Assembly (NCBI RefSeq): GCF_016433145.1
Contig: NC_058130.1
Location: forward strand, 342,341,974-342,405,973
Reading direction: 5' to 3'
Length of the DNA stretch: 64,000 nucleotides
DNA from: Gracilinanus agilis
Lineage: Eukaryota
Part shown: piece after piece, positions 36,531 through 49,294 of the stretch
Layout of the letters: every line of letters begins with the position of its first letter
Numbering within the stretch: position 1 is the first letter of the stretch
Position numbers and translations under genes: made by a program
Notes under the pieces: generated by a model
Database searches by the model: none
Told to the model about the DNA's origin: nothing
What the model saw: only the letters and a program-made list of their open reading frames with translations

Positions 36531-36800
36531 CCCTAACCTTCCATCTTCTTAGTGAAAAGACCTGAATAAAAAAACGTAGTAAAAAGACCTTCCTCAGTCT
36601 GCTCCAGGACTTATCTGAATGTACCATTCTTTGGAACATTTAATGATATGCTGCTTTGTTTTATTATTTAATTTATAGTTGTTTTGTCTACTAAAGTTGA
36701 TTATAAGCTCTTACAGGGCAAAGACTGTGGTTTACATTGCTTGTTGCTTCCCCCTCAGTTCTGGCACTCTTATGAACACTTTAGTAGTCCCTTAAAGGCT
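36040..36800 (+). mobile_element. L2 LINE 3' region with (TG)n
   Basis: ctgacttccttgccttcag...catgtcatcatatcatttccct...aggataatgtccaaactcctcagcc...tataagctcttacagggcaaagactg. Confidence 0.75.
36480..36528 (+). repeat. (TG)24 microsatellite
   Basis: Direct reading. Confidence 0.97.
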
Positions 36801-37879
36801 TTGTGGAATGAATGGATAAATGAATAGGCAGGGATAAGATAGGATGCCAGTGTAGGGTTAGGGAGGCCAATCCCACATAAAGACTCCCCAGAGGAGAAAC
36901 TATGTTATATTTTGTCTGGGGCAGGAGAGCAAGGATCTGAGGTGAGGGCAGGACCACCTCTGACAGTTACTCTAGGTTGGATACTGGTAGCAATGGAAAT
37001 ATGCTGATGTCACAGGCTGCTGAGTTCTCTGTTACTTATTGGCTCCATCTTGTCATATATTTTGGTCTAGATTGCTTCAGGCAATCCGAGAGACTGGTAA
37101 TAAGATGAAAGGCATACTAATCAATAGCCACCAAAATATATGATTTAGTGGCATATGATTAGTGACTATCTTGCAGCAGATTCTCCCTTTCCCCCTCCTT
37201 TCCACCGGTCTTTTCTTCTAGTCATGCATGGGGAAGAGCACAGCTCTGCCCATATTCTCCTCATCCTTGTCACAGTGATGCATTATATGCCTTTTGTATG
37301 GCCTTTTCTCTTTGTATATGCAATGGGGAACAGAAGAAAATTATTTGTCTTATCAGTTTGCCAAGAACTTTAACTGTGTTGCTATTACTTTTCTCCCAGT
37401 CTTTGATGAATTGCTTCATTTGTCATTTCAAGATAATTCAATGTAATTAAATAGAGAAAGACATCTTACATATCAGATTTCAACACAGAAGCAGGTCATT
37501 GATTTATCTCCAAGACAAAAAATATGGGGCAAAATTAACCATTAATTGCACTTCATCACAAGAACTACTTTGGGATTGTTGGTTTAACTTAGATGTTCAA
37601 GTTTTATATTTATAAACCTGTGTCCGGGCCATCTGGTTATGGAAAACTTGTTTATTTGTTGTTGTTGTTGTTGTTGTTGTTTGCAGGGAAGAGTTAAATA
37701 CTGGAAAGGCATGAAAGAGTTAGCAGTCTGCTCTTAAATAAATAAGAGTTAGTGACCTTGAATTTAGACTGACACCTGTACTATTAAAAGAAACAAGATG
37801 TATTTCCAACTTGGTCTAGGATAAACAAGAGCCAGGTTTGATCCAGTGTTGTTCTTAGGGCTATTATATTCTGGTGCAA

Positions 37880-38460
37880 AGGCTCCATTGAATTTTTAGT
37901 AGACTACATACTCAAAAAGGATCAACAGTGTGAAGTGGTAGCCCCTCCTCTCCCCCAAAAGAGATTTTAGCTAGGATTAAGAGAGGCATAATGTCTAGCC
38001 AGAGAGGGTAGATAGTCCTATATTCTTGCTTGCTGTCAGCCTCATGTCATTTAGTCTATTCATTTCTTGAAGCAACGTTTTAGGAAGTATATCCAGATGA
38101 ACTGTACCAGGACGGTGAGAGGACTGTAAGAATGAATGTTTGAAGGAGCTAGAGATATTAGCCAAAGAAGAGAATACTCAAGGTCTTGATGTCTGTCTTC
38201 AAGTATTTATAGGGCTAGTATATGAAAAAGACATTAGAATTTTCTAGTTGAGTTTATGGAGAAGAGTTAGAAATACAAAGTAGAAATTTTAAAGAAGATT
38301 TTGGTTTAATAAAAGGAACAGTTTCCTAGTGCAGTGCAGAAGACCCTGGAGCTAGGAGCTTCCTTGGCCCGGGAGGTCTTCAAGTCTAGATACTTATTTA
38401 TTATGGATATTATAGAAGAGATTATTGTCCAAGAATGGGCTACCTTAGGCGACCTTTGAA
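37880..38460 (+). mobile_element. CR1/L3 LINE 3' fragment
   Basis: ggattaagagaggcataatgtctag...gtcagcctcatg...gagctagagatattagcc.aagaagagaatact...gtcttcaagtattt, collinear with the L3 RT C-terminus. Confidence 0.8.
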
Positions 38461-39059
38461 GTGCAACTTTTACATTCTTTGATTTTATGCTTAGGCCATA
38501 TATTCTGCCATCTAATCTACCAATTATCTTGGTTATGGGTTTTCCACTTAAAAATCAGTAAAACTCATTTTGATTATTACATTTCACATTCATACTTCAT
38601 AAAATGCCAAACAGGGATTATTTATATACATATTTTCCACACAAAACATGTATTCCATTTCTGGTTATATTGAACAAATAATCCATATTTGCAGTGAAAT
38701 TAGTAACTGAAATTAATCATGACCTTCTAATAATAGCTGTGTGAAATTTTATGACCTTCATATGAAATGTTTTATGTGAGACAACCAAGGCAGAAGAAGA
38801 AAACAGAATAAAGATTTTTATAGATATGGGAAGAATCCATATCCAGCATTTCAAATCTCCTAATTTACATAGACACAGCAGAGGCAGAAAGGCAGACCCA
38901 ATTTTTCAGTCCATAACAATTCCATCATGTTGATTTGTAGAATAATACCATTGAAGATTTTTAAAGTCATATTTCGTTTTTTACAACTTTGAGCACAAAT
39001 GGGAATTAAAAATTCTTAAACATATGTGTACACACACACACACACACACATATATACGT

Positions 39060-39450
39060 ATAGAGCAGAACCAGGAGAACATTGTATACAGAGACTGATA
39101 CATTATGGCACAATCTAATGTAATAGACTTTTCTACTAGAAGCAATGCAATGACCCAGGACAATCCAGAGGAATTTATGAGAAAGAATGCTGTCCACATC
39201 CAGAGAAAGAACTGTGGGAGTAGAAATGCAGAAGAAAAACATATAATTGATCATGTGGTTCGATGGGGATATGATTAGGGTTTTGGCATTAAAAGATGCC
39301 AAATATGAATAATATGGAAATAGGTTTTGAACAATCGTACATGGATAACTCAGTGGAATTACTTGTCAGCTCTGGGAGTGGGGAGAGAAGAGCGGTGGGA
39401 AAAATCCTGAATCATGTAACCATGGAAAAATAATCTAAATTAAAAAAAAT
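39060..39450 (+). mobile_element. Opossum-type L1 3' UTR
   Basis: agagcagaaccaggagaacattgtatacagagactgatac...catccagagaaagaactgtgggagtagaaatgcag...gaatcatgtaaccatggaaaaat plus A-tail. Confidence 0.9.
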
Positions 39451-40020
39451 TTTTTTGAAGATTTTTCTTTCAATTCATTCCTCACAATGCTTAGAAAGAA
39501 CTTATTGTGCTTATATTATTACTATTGTCTTTTTTAAAAGTTGGTTGGAGAGAAGAGTTTGCTATAGAAATGTGAACAAATCTATTTTCTCCTTTCCAGG
39601 CTCCTTTTTAAATACTCTTGGGCTACTCTGATTTAACTGGGCTTCATATCAAGTTTTTTTGAAAACTTTATTTTGCTTTTCACTATTCTTCACTGTTTTT
39701 TGGGAGTACTGCTTGTAATCTTCCATTATCCTCCTTCACAAGACTTTATGAATGAGTTTATATTCCAAACTGGAGTTGCCCATGGCCATCCTATCTTTCC
39801 CCATGGCAATGAGTACTAGTTTTATTTAAATTGAGACTGTCAATACTATTACAACTCAGTTCAATTCAGTAGTTGTCAGACAAAAATTTTACATGACAAA
39901 AACCTGTAGTTAAGTTAGTATTTTTGGATGATAAGGCAAAAAGCTATATCCTAATCCCTCCTTTCAGGCAATTTGGACTAAATTTTCATGAAAAAAATTT
40001 GATGGGGTTGTGGGAGAAGG

Positions 40021-40144
40021 GGCAGCAGGGTAGCTCAATGGATTGAGTCTAGAGATGGGAGGTCCTCAGTTCAAATCTAGCCTCAGACACTTCCTACCTG
40101 TATAATCCTGGGCAAATACCAATACCTAGTATTGATTCTAAAGT
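40021..40144 (+). mobile_element. SINE1-like SINE with internal deletion, left of gap
   Basis: ggcagcagggtagctcaatggattgag...ttcaaatctagcctcagacacttcct...ctgggcaa[deleted]ataccaatacctagtattgattctaa. Confidence 0.75.
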
Positions 40145-40292
40145 NNNNNNNNNNNNNNNNNNNNNNNNNNNNNNNNNNNNNNNNNNNNNNNNNNNNNNNN
40201 NNNNNNNNNNNNNNNNNNNNNNNNNNNNNNNNNNNNNNNNNNNNNNNNNNNNNNNNNNNNNNNNNNNNNNNNNNNNNNNNNNNNNNNNNNNN
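40145..40292. other. Assembly gap (148 N)
   Basis: Run of n. Confidence 1.
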
Positions 40293-40460
40293 TAGATTAA
40301 GAACCAAGTTTGGAGATGAGGGGTTCTGGGGTCAAATATGGCCTCAGATACCTCCTTGGGTAAGTCACTTAAGCCCCATTGCCTAGCCCTTATCACTCTT
40401 CTGCCTTTGAAGCAATACACAGTATTGATTCTAAGATAGAAGATGAGGGTTTAAAAAAAT
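40293..40460 (+). mobile_element. SINE1-like SINE, right of gap
   Basis: caaatatggcctcagatac...taagtcacttaagccccattgcctagccctta...gcaatacacagtattgattctaagatagaagatgagggtttaaaaaaa. Confidence 0.85.
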
Positions 40461-41466
40461 ATATTGATAACATCTTTAATTGGCTCAAAAGATTAAAGGC
40501 TTAGACTGGTGACATCATTTCCTCATCATCTGAGTACAAAGCAGTCAAGGAATTTTGGGGATGTTTTGAGGCTTGGCTTGTATTTCACAATGGACAACTT
40601 AAGCAGTGGAGCTTCCCTCAGCTTAGTCAACTCTAGGTGTCTTCACTGCCCATTCTTCTTGATTCCCCCATGGTGGCTTAGTCAACCTCTTTTTGTTAAT
40701 TGTTGCATGACCTCTGGGTGTCTTTTTTTGGTCCATTATTGAACTGAAACTTCCAGAAGACAGACCAGAGGTAGGTCCAACCCTGAACAGATGGTCTGAA
40801 GTCTATGGGATTCTTTGCTCTTTGCCATTTTTTATTCTCTGTTTTGCTATAGGAAGTAACTCTGGGTTGTTGAAGGATTTGTAAGGGCAACTTAAAAACT
40901 AGTCTTGTTGTTTGTTGTTTAATGTTTGGTAGTTTTTTGTCAAAGATACTGGACTGGTTTGCCATTTCCTTCTTCAGCTCATTTTACAGATGAGGAAACT
41001 GAAGCATCAGCATTAAGGACTTGCCCGAGGTCATACAGCTAGGAAGAGACTGAAGCTAGACTTGAACTCAGTTCTTCTTGATTCTAAGTCTGACTCTATC
41101 TACTGAAACACTAGATGCCTTTAAAGCACTTACCCTAATCTCTCTTAAATTAGAATAACATGTATATTATTGGTCACTATATATATATATATATTTATAT
41201 ATTCACAGTCACCCTATATGTGGCATGGATAGATACATGATCCAGGATCTCCTCTGTCTCTTCTTCAATGAAGACTACAGTTCCTACCTCTGTGGAGAAT
41301 AAGAGGAAGGCCATTTAAGAAACACCACTAGCCTAGTTAGGGGGAGCCAGGTAAGATCTAGACCAACCAGGGGAGGAAGTTTTCTTTTTTACTCCTTATT
41401 CTTTAAGAGGATTATTAGGTTAACATTATATATATCAACTACATAGCAAATATATATAGTCTAGGA

Positions 41467-41631
41467 CAGAAGTGTCAAACTCAAGCAGAACTCCTAGTGC
41501 CAGGAGGAACCAGATTAAAATATAATTGGAAAATGTTTAACAAAATAAATAAGAATACAATAAAACACAGATAATGTTAATTTGTGGTTTTCTAAGTCTG
41601 TAAGGGCTGGCAGGAATCTTTGACACCACTG
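41467..41631. mobile_element. Old hAT-type MITE remnant
   Basis: Degenerate TIRs cagaagtgtcaaac / ctttgacaccactg; weak 8-bp flank similarity gtctagga / gccttggg. Confidence 0.55.
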
Positions 41632-41857
41632 GCCTTGGGGCAAGACAATTCTAAATAAAATGTACTTTCTCTAGTCACTCTTAAGGGGAAAGTAACACAG
41701 TTTATTTTCTCTAACTCAGTTCTCTTTCACTAAATGTTATTTAGGCTAAAGACCACCATGAATAGCTAGCATACCTCTTTACCAAAACAATCAGTAAAAA
41801 GAAATCAGAGAAGTTGTGTAGGTTAGAGCAGATGAATTGAGAATATAAGAGTAACTG

Positions 41858-42040
41858 AGGGGCAGCTAGATATTACAGTGGATAGAGCTCTAAGCCTGTA
41901 GTTGAGAAGTCCTGGATCCAAATTTGGCCTTGGACACTTCCTAGCTATGTGACCCTGAGCAAGTTTCTTAACCCAGATTGCTTAGCCCTTACCATTCTTT
42001 GACCCAGCAATACCACTGCTAAGTCTGTATCCTAAAGAGA
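41858..42040 (+). mobile_element. SINE1-like SINE (older)
   Basis: ggggcagctagatattacagtggatagag...gacacttcctagctatgtgaccctgagcaag...ttagcccttaccattct. Confidence 0.8.
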
Positions 42041-42069
42041 TCAAAGAGAGGGAAAAGGACCTATTTGTA

Positions 42070-42435
42070 AAAAAAAATATGACTTAAATATTATTGACAA
42101 GGGAAGGACCTAGGACAGCTGCAGAGGACTCATGATGAAAAAAAGCCACCACCACAGAAGAAACTGGTGGAGTCTGAATGCAGATTGAAGCATTCCATTC
42201 TCCACTTTATTTCCACCATGAATTTTTTTCTAATATAAAAGACATGTGTCTTCTTTCACATGACACAGAAATATGCATTTTTATAACATATGTACAACCT
42301 ATATCATATTACCTGCTGTTTAGAGGAGAGGGGAGGGTTTGGAGGGATGGAGAGAACATGGATTTCAAAGTACCTGAAAATGATTATTAAAAATTGTATC
42401 TACATGTTGTCTAGAAAAATTAAAAACAAAAGAAG
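42070..42435 (+). mobile_element. Marsupial L1 3' UTR
   Basis: atgaaaaaaagccaccaccacagaagaaactggtggagtctgaatgcagattgaagca...gaaaatgattattaaaaattgtatctacatg. Confidence 0.8.
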
Positions 42436-43819
42436 AATATAGGACAATGAAGTATAAACTCTAGCCATTCTTTTGTTTTATTCTTTTTATTCCTTAGCTG
42501 CCTATTTCTAGTCTGTTTCCATGTTTCTTATAATCTCCAGCAGACAATGAAACTCAAGCTGCCTGAATGTTATTTGTTAGAAACCCAGAAAACACCTTCA
42601 GTTAGAAGGAAGTTGAAATGATTTCATTTCCCTGTGCTATCATCCTCTCTCATTACTAGCAGTACTTGAGAGACTGGACAGTACAGGAATGTCAGTAAAA
42701 AAGCATTGTTTTTGCTTGTGTTCCTTTCTCTCTTTCTCCCTGTCAACCAAATCCTCATTATAGTAAAATACTATGCTCAATAACTAGTGGTAGGACAATT
42801 GAGAGCTGAAGCCAACAGGATGAAAAGGACACTCTACCTATACAGATAAGAAATGGGGTTAAAAACTAAAGTGAAATTTACCCATTTCTAGACCATGGAT
42901 CATATTTCCTAGCTTGTGTGAATAAATGAATGAATGAAAGAATAAAAAAGCATTTATTACCTGTTTATAATGGGATAACAATGTGTTGGAATAACAAAAG
43001 GAAAAATGGGATAGAACCTGTTTTCAAAAAGTTTACATTCTAATTGAAATACCCCCTGTAGTTTAATTGCAGGATAGATGGTGAGGCCAAGGGGTTCACA
43101 GGGTGCACTGGCAGGTGAGATGTCAATGCCAAGAGTGTAGTGGAAGTGAAGATGGTAAGGTACAATTTGTAATGCTTGAACTTACTGGATGGATTGTAGT
43201 TGTTGATTCCTGGCTCATACAAGCAACATGAGTGGCCATGTGCTCCTAGCTAGCAGGAGGGGAAAGGACAGAAGACAGTTGGGAAGGGGGAGTGGACTCT
43301 AGGGAGGAGGGGGTCTTTAAATTTCCTTCTGTCAAGGTGGAAATGGGGGATCAGTATCCAGCAAAGAGAGGAAATCTTCTAAAGGGGAAGATTATTAGCA
43401 GAAAGATCAAGGGGAAGAGATTCAAATGGTGGCTCTTCTTGGGGGGCCCTGTGGATGGGATCTCAGCTAGCTGGGGAAGAGGTGAGGAGGGGAGCAAGCA
43501 TTGCACTCTGCTTGTATCCATTAAGTTATTTGCTGTTAATGAAACATGGCATACCTGAGGAGTCAGCATCCTATAATAGAAAAAGCACTAACTCTGAGGT
43601 CAGAGCATAGGAGTTTGCATCCTGGCTCTGCTAACCTTCTACCTCTGTGACCTTGAACAAGTTACCCAACTTCCGAGGTCCTTAGGTTCCCTCATCTGGA
43701 AAATAAGAGATTTGGACTAGTTGGCCTCTGAGGTCTATTCCAGCTCTAGATTTATGATTTTATTACCCCTTATTCCAGATACCAGCCTAAGTGCAGAAAG
43801 GCCCATCACCAGAGTTTTC

Positions 43820-44011
43820 TTTCTTTCTTTTTTTTTAAACCCTTAACTTCTGTGTATTGGCTCCTTGGTGGAAGAGTGGTAAGGGTGGGCAATGGGGATC
43901 AAGTGACTTGCCCAGGGTCACACATCTGGGAAGTGTCTGAGGCTGGATTTGAACCTAGGACCTCCCGACTCAAGACCTGACTCTCAATCCACTGAGCTAC
44001 CCAGCTGCCCC
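43820..44011 (-). mobile_element. Young SINE1_Mdo-type SINE, deletion subfamily, 13-bp TSD
   Basis: CACCAGAGTTTTC at 43807-43819 and 44012-44024. The minus-strand target reads TT|GAAAAC, an L1-endonuclease-type site. Confidence 0.95.
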
Positions 44012-44779
44012 CACCAGAGTTTTCAAGGCCAAGTAATGAATCACCTTACTTACAGCACCAGATAAATTTGATACTGAGGTATGGAGGGGTTGTGATTTGC
44101 ATTGGGAGATGGAGTAGCCAAGTGAATTAAATCATAGCTCCTGGCGAGTTTTATAGTAATTTACTGAAGTCTTCTGCATTTACCATAAATGGCCCAAAAC
44201 AATATCTTTTCAACTACATGTTTTCAGCTTAATTACAGGCTAAATACAGGCTTCTGCAGGTTAGTCTAAGAAAATACCCATTATAAAATTATGTCTATGG
44301 GGAAATGTGTTAAAACTCAGGATACCTATACTGACTACCAGTGGCCATATCAAGAATGAACTCTCCCTTTTATGGCACCATCTTTAGAGAGGTGGTCTTA
44401 GGAGGTTCAGATAGCATCACCTCTTTGACCCTTTAGCCACCCTTTCCTATCACTGTAGCAGTTAGTGACCACAAGCAACAAAGAAGTATGTAGCTTAGAA
44501 ATTCTTTCTTGTTTTCTGGTCCAAGTGGAGGAGGGAATGGGAAGAGAGGAATAAATTAAAAAATTTAAAAGTTATACAGCCTTCAATTTTTGTTCCATTA
44601 GGGTTAGTTACCTTTGACTGATTAAAACCACAAAAAGCTATGTCTCCAGTTTTTTGCAAAAATAACTACATTCTTAGCAGTTGCCTTGGCATTTGGATTT
44701 CTAGTATAAGCACAATCACTGGGACCTTCGAAATTCCACTTCCAAAACTGGGGTTCAGGGAGATGGAACAGGGATCAGC

Positions 44780-45025
44780 TACCATTGGAATTCAGTCAAT
44801 GGTAAATGTTTAAGAATTGGTCCTTCAGAAAGAAAAATATACACATGGTATGCTTTTAAGTTTAATCTCCATTATTAATATTTTTACATCACATAAGTCT
44901 AGACAGTCAACAAAATAATAATTCAAGCCTTGATTTGTAGCATTTGCTGATTTCTGAGGTATAAATGCTCAAATTGAGAATAAAACAATCAGCTTCTGTT
45001 CAAGCTGGCCCTAGCACACACCTTT
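44780..45025. mobile_element. Ancient hAT-like DNA transposon remnant (MamRep/MamTip-type)
   Basis: ggtaaatgtttaag...ttttaagtttaatctccattattaat...caagccttgatttgtagcatttgctgatttctgagg...ctagcacac, resembling recalled ancient mammalian hAT repeats. Confidence 0.45.
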
Positions 45026-47699
45026 GAGAACAATCATTTTAGATGAGGATTTCCTTCCATATATTTCTGATAATAATGGGCCACCAGGGCTTTGGAAGTA
45101 GACTGATGGGGAGCATAAAGCTGGGCTCTATGGCCTTGTCTCTTCACCCAGACACTTATGTCTATACCAGCAAAACATCCCTTGTCTAGTAAGACAGGCT
45201 TCAGCTTGTACTGCAGCAGGTGAGGTCCACTCGTTTTTAAAGGTCCTCCATTTTCTTTGATTGGCCAATTGGCAGAGTGCCAATGGTGTCATTTTTCTTT
45301 CACTCTTAAACCTGGATAGACTGCAGTAGACTCTTGGATGGCATCCTGTAGTGGTTATTAAACTGTAAGTATCTTGAGGGCAGAAACTGTCTTTTAATTA
45401 ATTGTATCCCCAGTGTTTAGCACAGTGCCTGGGACATAGTTGGTGTTTCATAAATGTTTATTGGATTGGGTTGAGTAGCAGTAAAGGCTGGTGATGAGAC
45501 ATGAAAAAGGATTGACATTTGATTTTTTAAAAATATTTTTCCAGACTAAATGTAGATATAATTTTTAATAATTATTTTCTGACATTTTGTGATCCTGGTT
45601 TTCTCCCTTCCTTCCCCCCTTTTCCTTGTTCCTCAGATAGCAGACAATATGATATAGATTATACATGGCTAATACGCAATACATATTTTCAGGTTTGTCT
45701 TGTGAAAAAAGACACACATTGCTTATACGAGAAAAAAGTCATGAAGGAAATGAAGTGAAAAATGTTATTCATTGTTGGTGGATAGCTTTTTCTGACATGG
45801 TTCCCTTGGTGTTGTCTCGGATCCTTGGATGATAGTTAAGTCATTCACAGTAGATCATTGTACATTATTGCTATTACTGTGTATAATGTTCTCTTGGTTC
45901 TGCTCACTTCACTTTGTATCACTTTATATAAATCTTTCCAGGTTTTTTTTGTGGTCATCTTGTTTTGTTATTTCTTATGGCACAATAGTATACAATTACA
46001 ATCATATACCAAAACTTGTTCAGTCATTCCCCAATTGTTGAGCATTCCTTCAGTTTCCAATTCTTTGCCACACAAAAAAGAGCTGCTTTAAATATTTTCA
46101 TACAGGTAGGTCCTTTTATCTTTGATCTCTTTTGAGTGGTAATGTTGGGTCAAAGGTATGCATAGCTTTATGGTCCTTTGGGCATGGTTCCAAATTGCTC
46201 CCTAGAATGATTGTATCAATTCATAGCTTTGCCAACAGTGTATTACCTTCCCAGTTTTCTCATATCCCCTCCAACATTTACCTTTTTCTTTTTTGTCTGA
46301 GAGGTATGACTTGGTACCGCAAAGTTGTTTTAATTAACATTTCTTTAATTAATAGTGATTTGGAGCATTTTTTTCATGTGATTAAAAATAATTTAAATTT
46401 CTTTACCCGAGAACTACCCATTCATATCCTTTGCCCATTTATCAATTGGGGAATGCTTTGTATTCTTGTCATTTTGAATCAGTTCTCTATATATTTGAGA
46501 AAAGAGACCTTTGTCAAAACCACTTGTTATAAATATTTTCCTCAAGTTTTTGTTTTCCTTCTAATCTTTGTTGCATTGGTTTTGTGTGTGCAAGAACTTT
46601 TTCATTTAATATAGTCAGTTATCTATTTTACACCTCAGTGTTCTCTTTGTCTTGTTTGGTCATAAATTCTTTCCTCATCCATAGTTTTGACAGGTAAATT
46701 ATTTTGTACTTGCCTAATTTATTTCTAAATCATGTATTAATTTTGGCTTTAGCTTAGTATATGACATGAGATGTTGGTCAATGCTTGCTTTCCATCATAC
46801 TGGTTTCCATTTTCCCAGCAGTTTGTGTTGAATAGTGAGTTCTACCAAAGGCTTGAATCTTTGGGTTTGTCAAACACTAGGTTGCTATGGTTATTTACTA
46901 CTTCATATTAAGTGCCAATTTTTTCCATCGATTTACTACTCTATTTCTTAGGCAATATCAGATTGTTTTAATGGTTGCCTCTTTATAATACGGTTTAAGA
47001 TTTGGTACAGCTGGGCCACCTTCTTTATAACTTTTTTCATTATTTCTCTTGATACTCTTTGTCTTTTGTTCTTCCAGATGAATTTTGTGATTATTTTTTC
47101 TACATCTATGGAAGAATTTTTGGGTAGTTTGATTGGTATGGCAATGAAAAGGTAAATTAATTGAGGTGGAATTATCACTTTTATTGTATTGGTTCAGCCT
47201 ATCTATGATCAATTAATGTTTTTCCAGTTCTTTAGATCTGATTTTATTTGTGACAGGTGTAATGTAGTTGTATTCACTTAATTCCTGGATTTATCTTGGC
47301 AGGTAGTTCCAAGTATGTTATGCTGTCAACATTTATTTTGAATGGGATTTCTCTTTCTATTTCCAGCTATTGGACTTTATTGATAGTATAAAGAAATGCT
47401 GATCATTTATGTGGGTTTATTTTATGTCCTGCAACTTTACTAAAGTTTCAATTAGTTTTTTATTTGTTTCTCTAGGATTCTCTAAGTATACCAACATATC
47501 ATCTGTTAAGAATGATAGTTTCATTCCTCAGTGCCTATTCTAATTCCTTTAGTTTCTCCTTCTTTTACTGCTATAGCTAGCATTTCTCATAAAATATTGA
47601 ATAGTAGTGGTGTTAATGGACATCCTTGCTTCACTCCTGATCTTATTGGAAAGGCCTCTAACTTATGCCCATTGCAGAGAATGCTTGCTGATCATTTTA

Positions 47700-48793
47700 T
47701 TTTATTTTTTCCTATTTTGGAAAACTTTATTTAATTAATTAATTTAGAATATTTTTTACATGGTTACAAGATTCATGTTCTTTCCCTCCCCTATCCACAG
47801 CCCCTCCCATAGTTGAAGCACATTTCCCCTGGGTTTTACATGTGTCATTGATCAAGTCCTATTTCCATATTATTAAAATTTGCACTAGGGTGTTTGTTTA
47901 AAGCAGTGGTTCCCAAACTTTTTTGGCCTACCACCCCATTTCCAGAAAAAATATCACTTAGTCCCCTGGAAATTAATTTTTTAAAATTTTAATAGCAATT
48001 AATAGGAAAGATAAATGCACCTGTGGCCATCACCACCTCCCTGGATCACTGCAGCACCCACCAGGGGGCGGTAGCACCCACTTTGGGAATCACTGGTTTA
48101 GAGTCTACATCCCCAATCATATCCCCATACACCTATGTGATCAGGCAGTTGTTTTTCTTCTGTTTCCACTCCCAGAGTTTTCCCTCTGAATATGGATAGT
48201 TTTCTTTCTCATAAGTCTCTCATTGCTGCTAGTGTATCCATCTCTGTGTATAAGGTTCTCTTGGTTCTGCTCCTTTCACTCTGCATCAATTCCTGAAGGT
48301 CATTCCAGTTCACATGGAATTCCTCCAGTTCATTATTCCTTTGAGCACAATAATATTCCATCACAAACGGATACCACAATTTGTTCAGCCATTCCCCAAT
48401 TGATGGACACTCCCTCATTTTCCAATTTTTTGCCACCACAAAGAGCACGGCTATAAATATTTTTGTACAAGTCTTTTTCCTTATTATCTCTTTGGGGTAT
48501 AACCCAACAATGGTATGGCTGGATCAAAGGGCAGGCAGTCTTTTAACACCCTTTGGGCATAGTTCCAAATTGCCATCCAGAATGGTTGGATCAATTCACA
48601 GCTCCACCAGCAATGTATTAATGTCCCGATTTTGCCACATCCCTGCCAACATTTATTACTTTCCTTTACTGTCATATTGGCCAATCTGCTAGGTGTGAGG
48701 TGGTACCTCAGAGTTGTTTTGATTTGCATTTCTCTAATTATAAGAGATTTAGAACACCTTTTCATGTGCTTATTGATAGTCTTGATTTCTTTA
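47700..48793 (-). mobile_element. Younger opossum-type L1, 5'-truncated, nested in the older L1; 15-bp TSD
   Basis: TTGCTGATCATTTTA (47685-47699) vs TTGTTGATCATTTTA (48794-48808). ORF 48484-48804 encodes HMKRCSKSLIIREMQIKTTLRYHLTPSRLA...KCWQGCG...LIHCWW (L1 ORF2 Cys-rich C-terminus). Confidence 0.95.
47904..48095. mobile_element. hAT MITE nested in the 3' UTR of the younger L1
   Basis: TIRs CAGTGGTTCCCAAA / TTTGGGAATCACTG. 8-bp TSD gtttaaag (47896-47903) / gtttagag (48096-48103). Confidence 0.95.
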
Positions 48794-49269
48794 TTGTTGA
48801 TCATTTTAGCTAGATTCTATTTATAATTTTAAGGAATGCTCCATTTATATTCCTATGTTCTCTGTTGTTTTTAATAGGAAGAGATGTTGCATTTCGACAA
48901 AAGCTTTGTCTGCATCTATTGAGATAATATGGTTCCTGTTGGTTTTGATATTGATATGGTCAATTACATTAATCGTTTTCCTAATCTTGAACCACTATCC
49001 CTTGTATCACTGGAATAAACCCACCTGGTCATAGTGTATGATCTTTGTGATACAGTAATATAATCTCTTTGCTAGTATTTTCTTTAAAATGTTTGCATCA
49101 AATATTCATTAGGGAAATTGATCTATAGTTTTCTTTCTCTATTTATTCTTGACATATGGTTTCACATAAAAGTTCCCTGCCTCTGCCATAATCCATTGGC
49201 TCCTATTGGAAAACAATTCAGTGTCTTACCCATTGAGAAATCAGGAGCTTTAGTTCTTATCCAGAGGAC

Positions 49270-49294
49270 TGTGTGTGTGTGTGTGTGTGTGTGT
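49270..49294 (+). repeat. (TG)n microsatellite
   Basis: Direct reading. Confidence 0.9.

Larger units (their letters stand above)
45520..49130 (-). mobile_element. Older marsupial L1 (3' UTR plus ORF2 C-terminal half), interrupted by a younger L1
   Basis: Minus-strand ORFs 46948-47212 give IAIPIKLPK...EKIITKFIWKNKR...GGPAVPNLKPYYKEATIKT (L1 ORF2). ORF2-like sequence resumes at 48809-49130 (gctttgtctgcatctattgagataat...ggaataaacccacctggtcatagtg). Confidence 0.92.

Noticed and set aside
38951-39466. 12-bp direct repeat ttgaagattttt as the TSD of the L1 at 39060-39450
   Set aside because: It does not fit the L1 endonuclease polarity for a plus-strand insertion, and the left copy is ~100 bp from the recognisable L1 start.
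40083-40420. ORFs spanning the N run
   Set aside because: Artefacts of translating unknown bases.
40615-40690. Repeated gcttagtcaac 11-mer (AP-1-like) about 57 bp apart
   Set aside because: Only two short copies with a non-canonical core; insufficient without conservation data.
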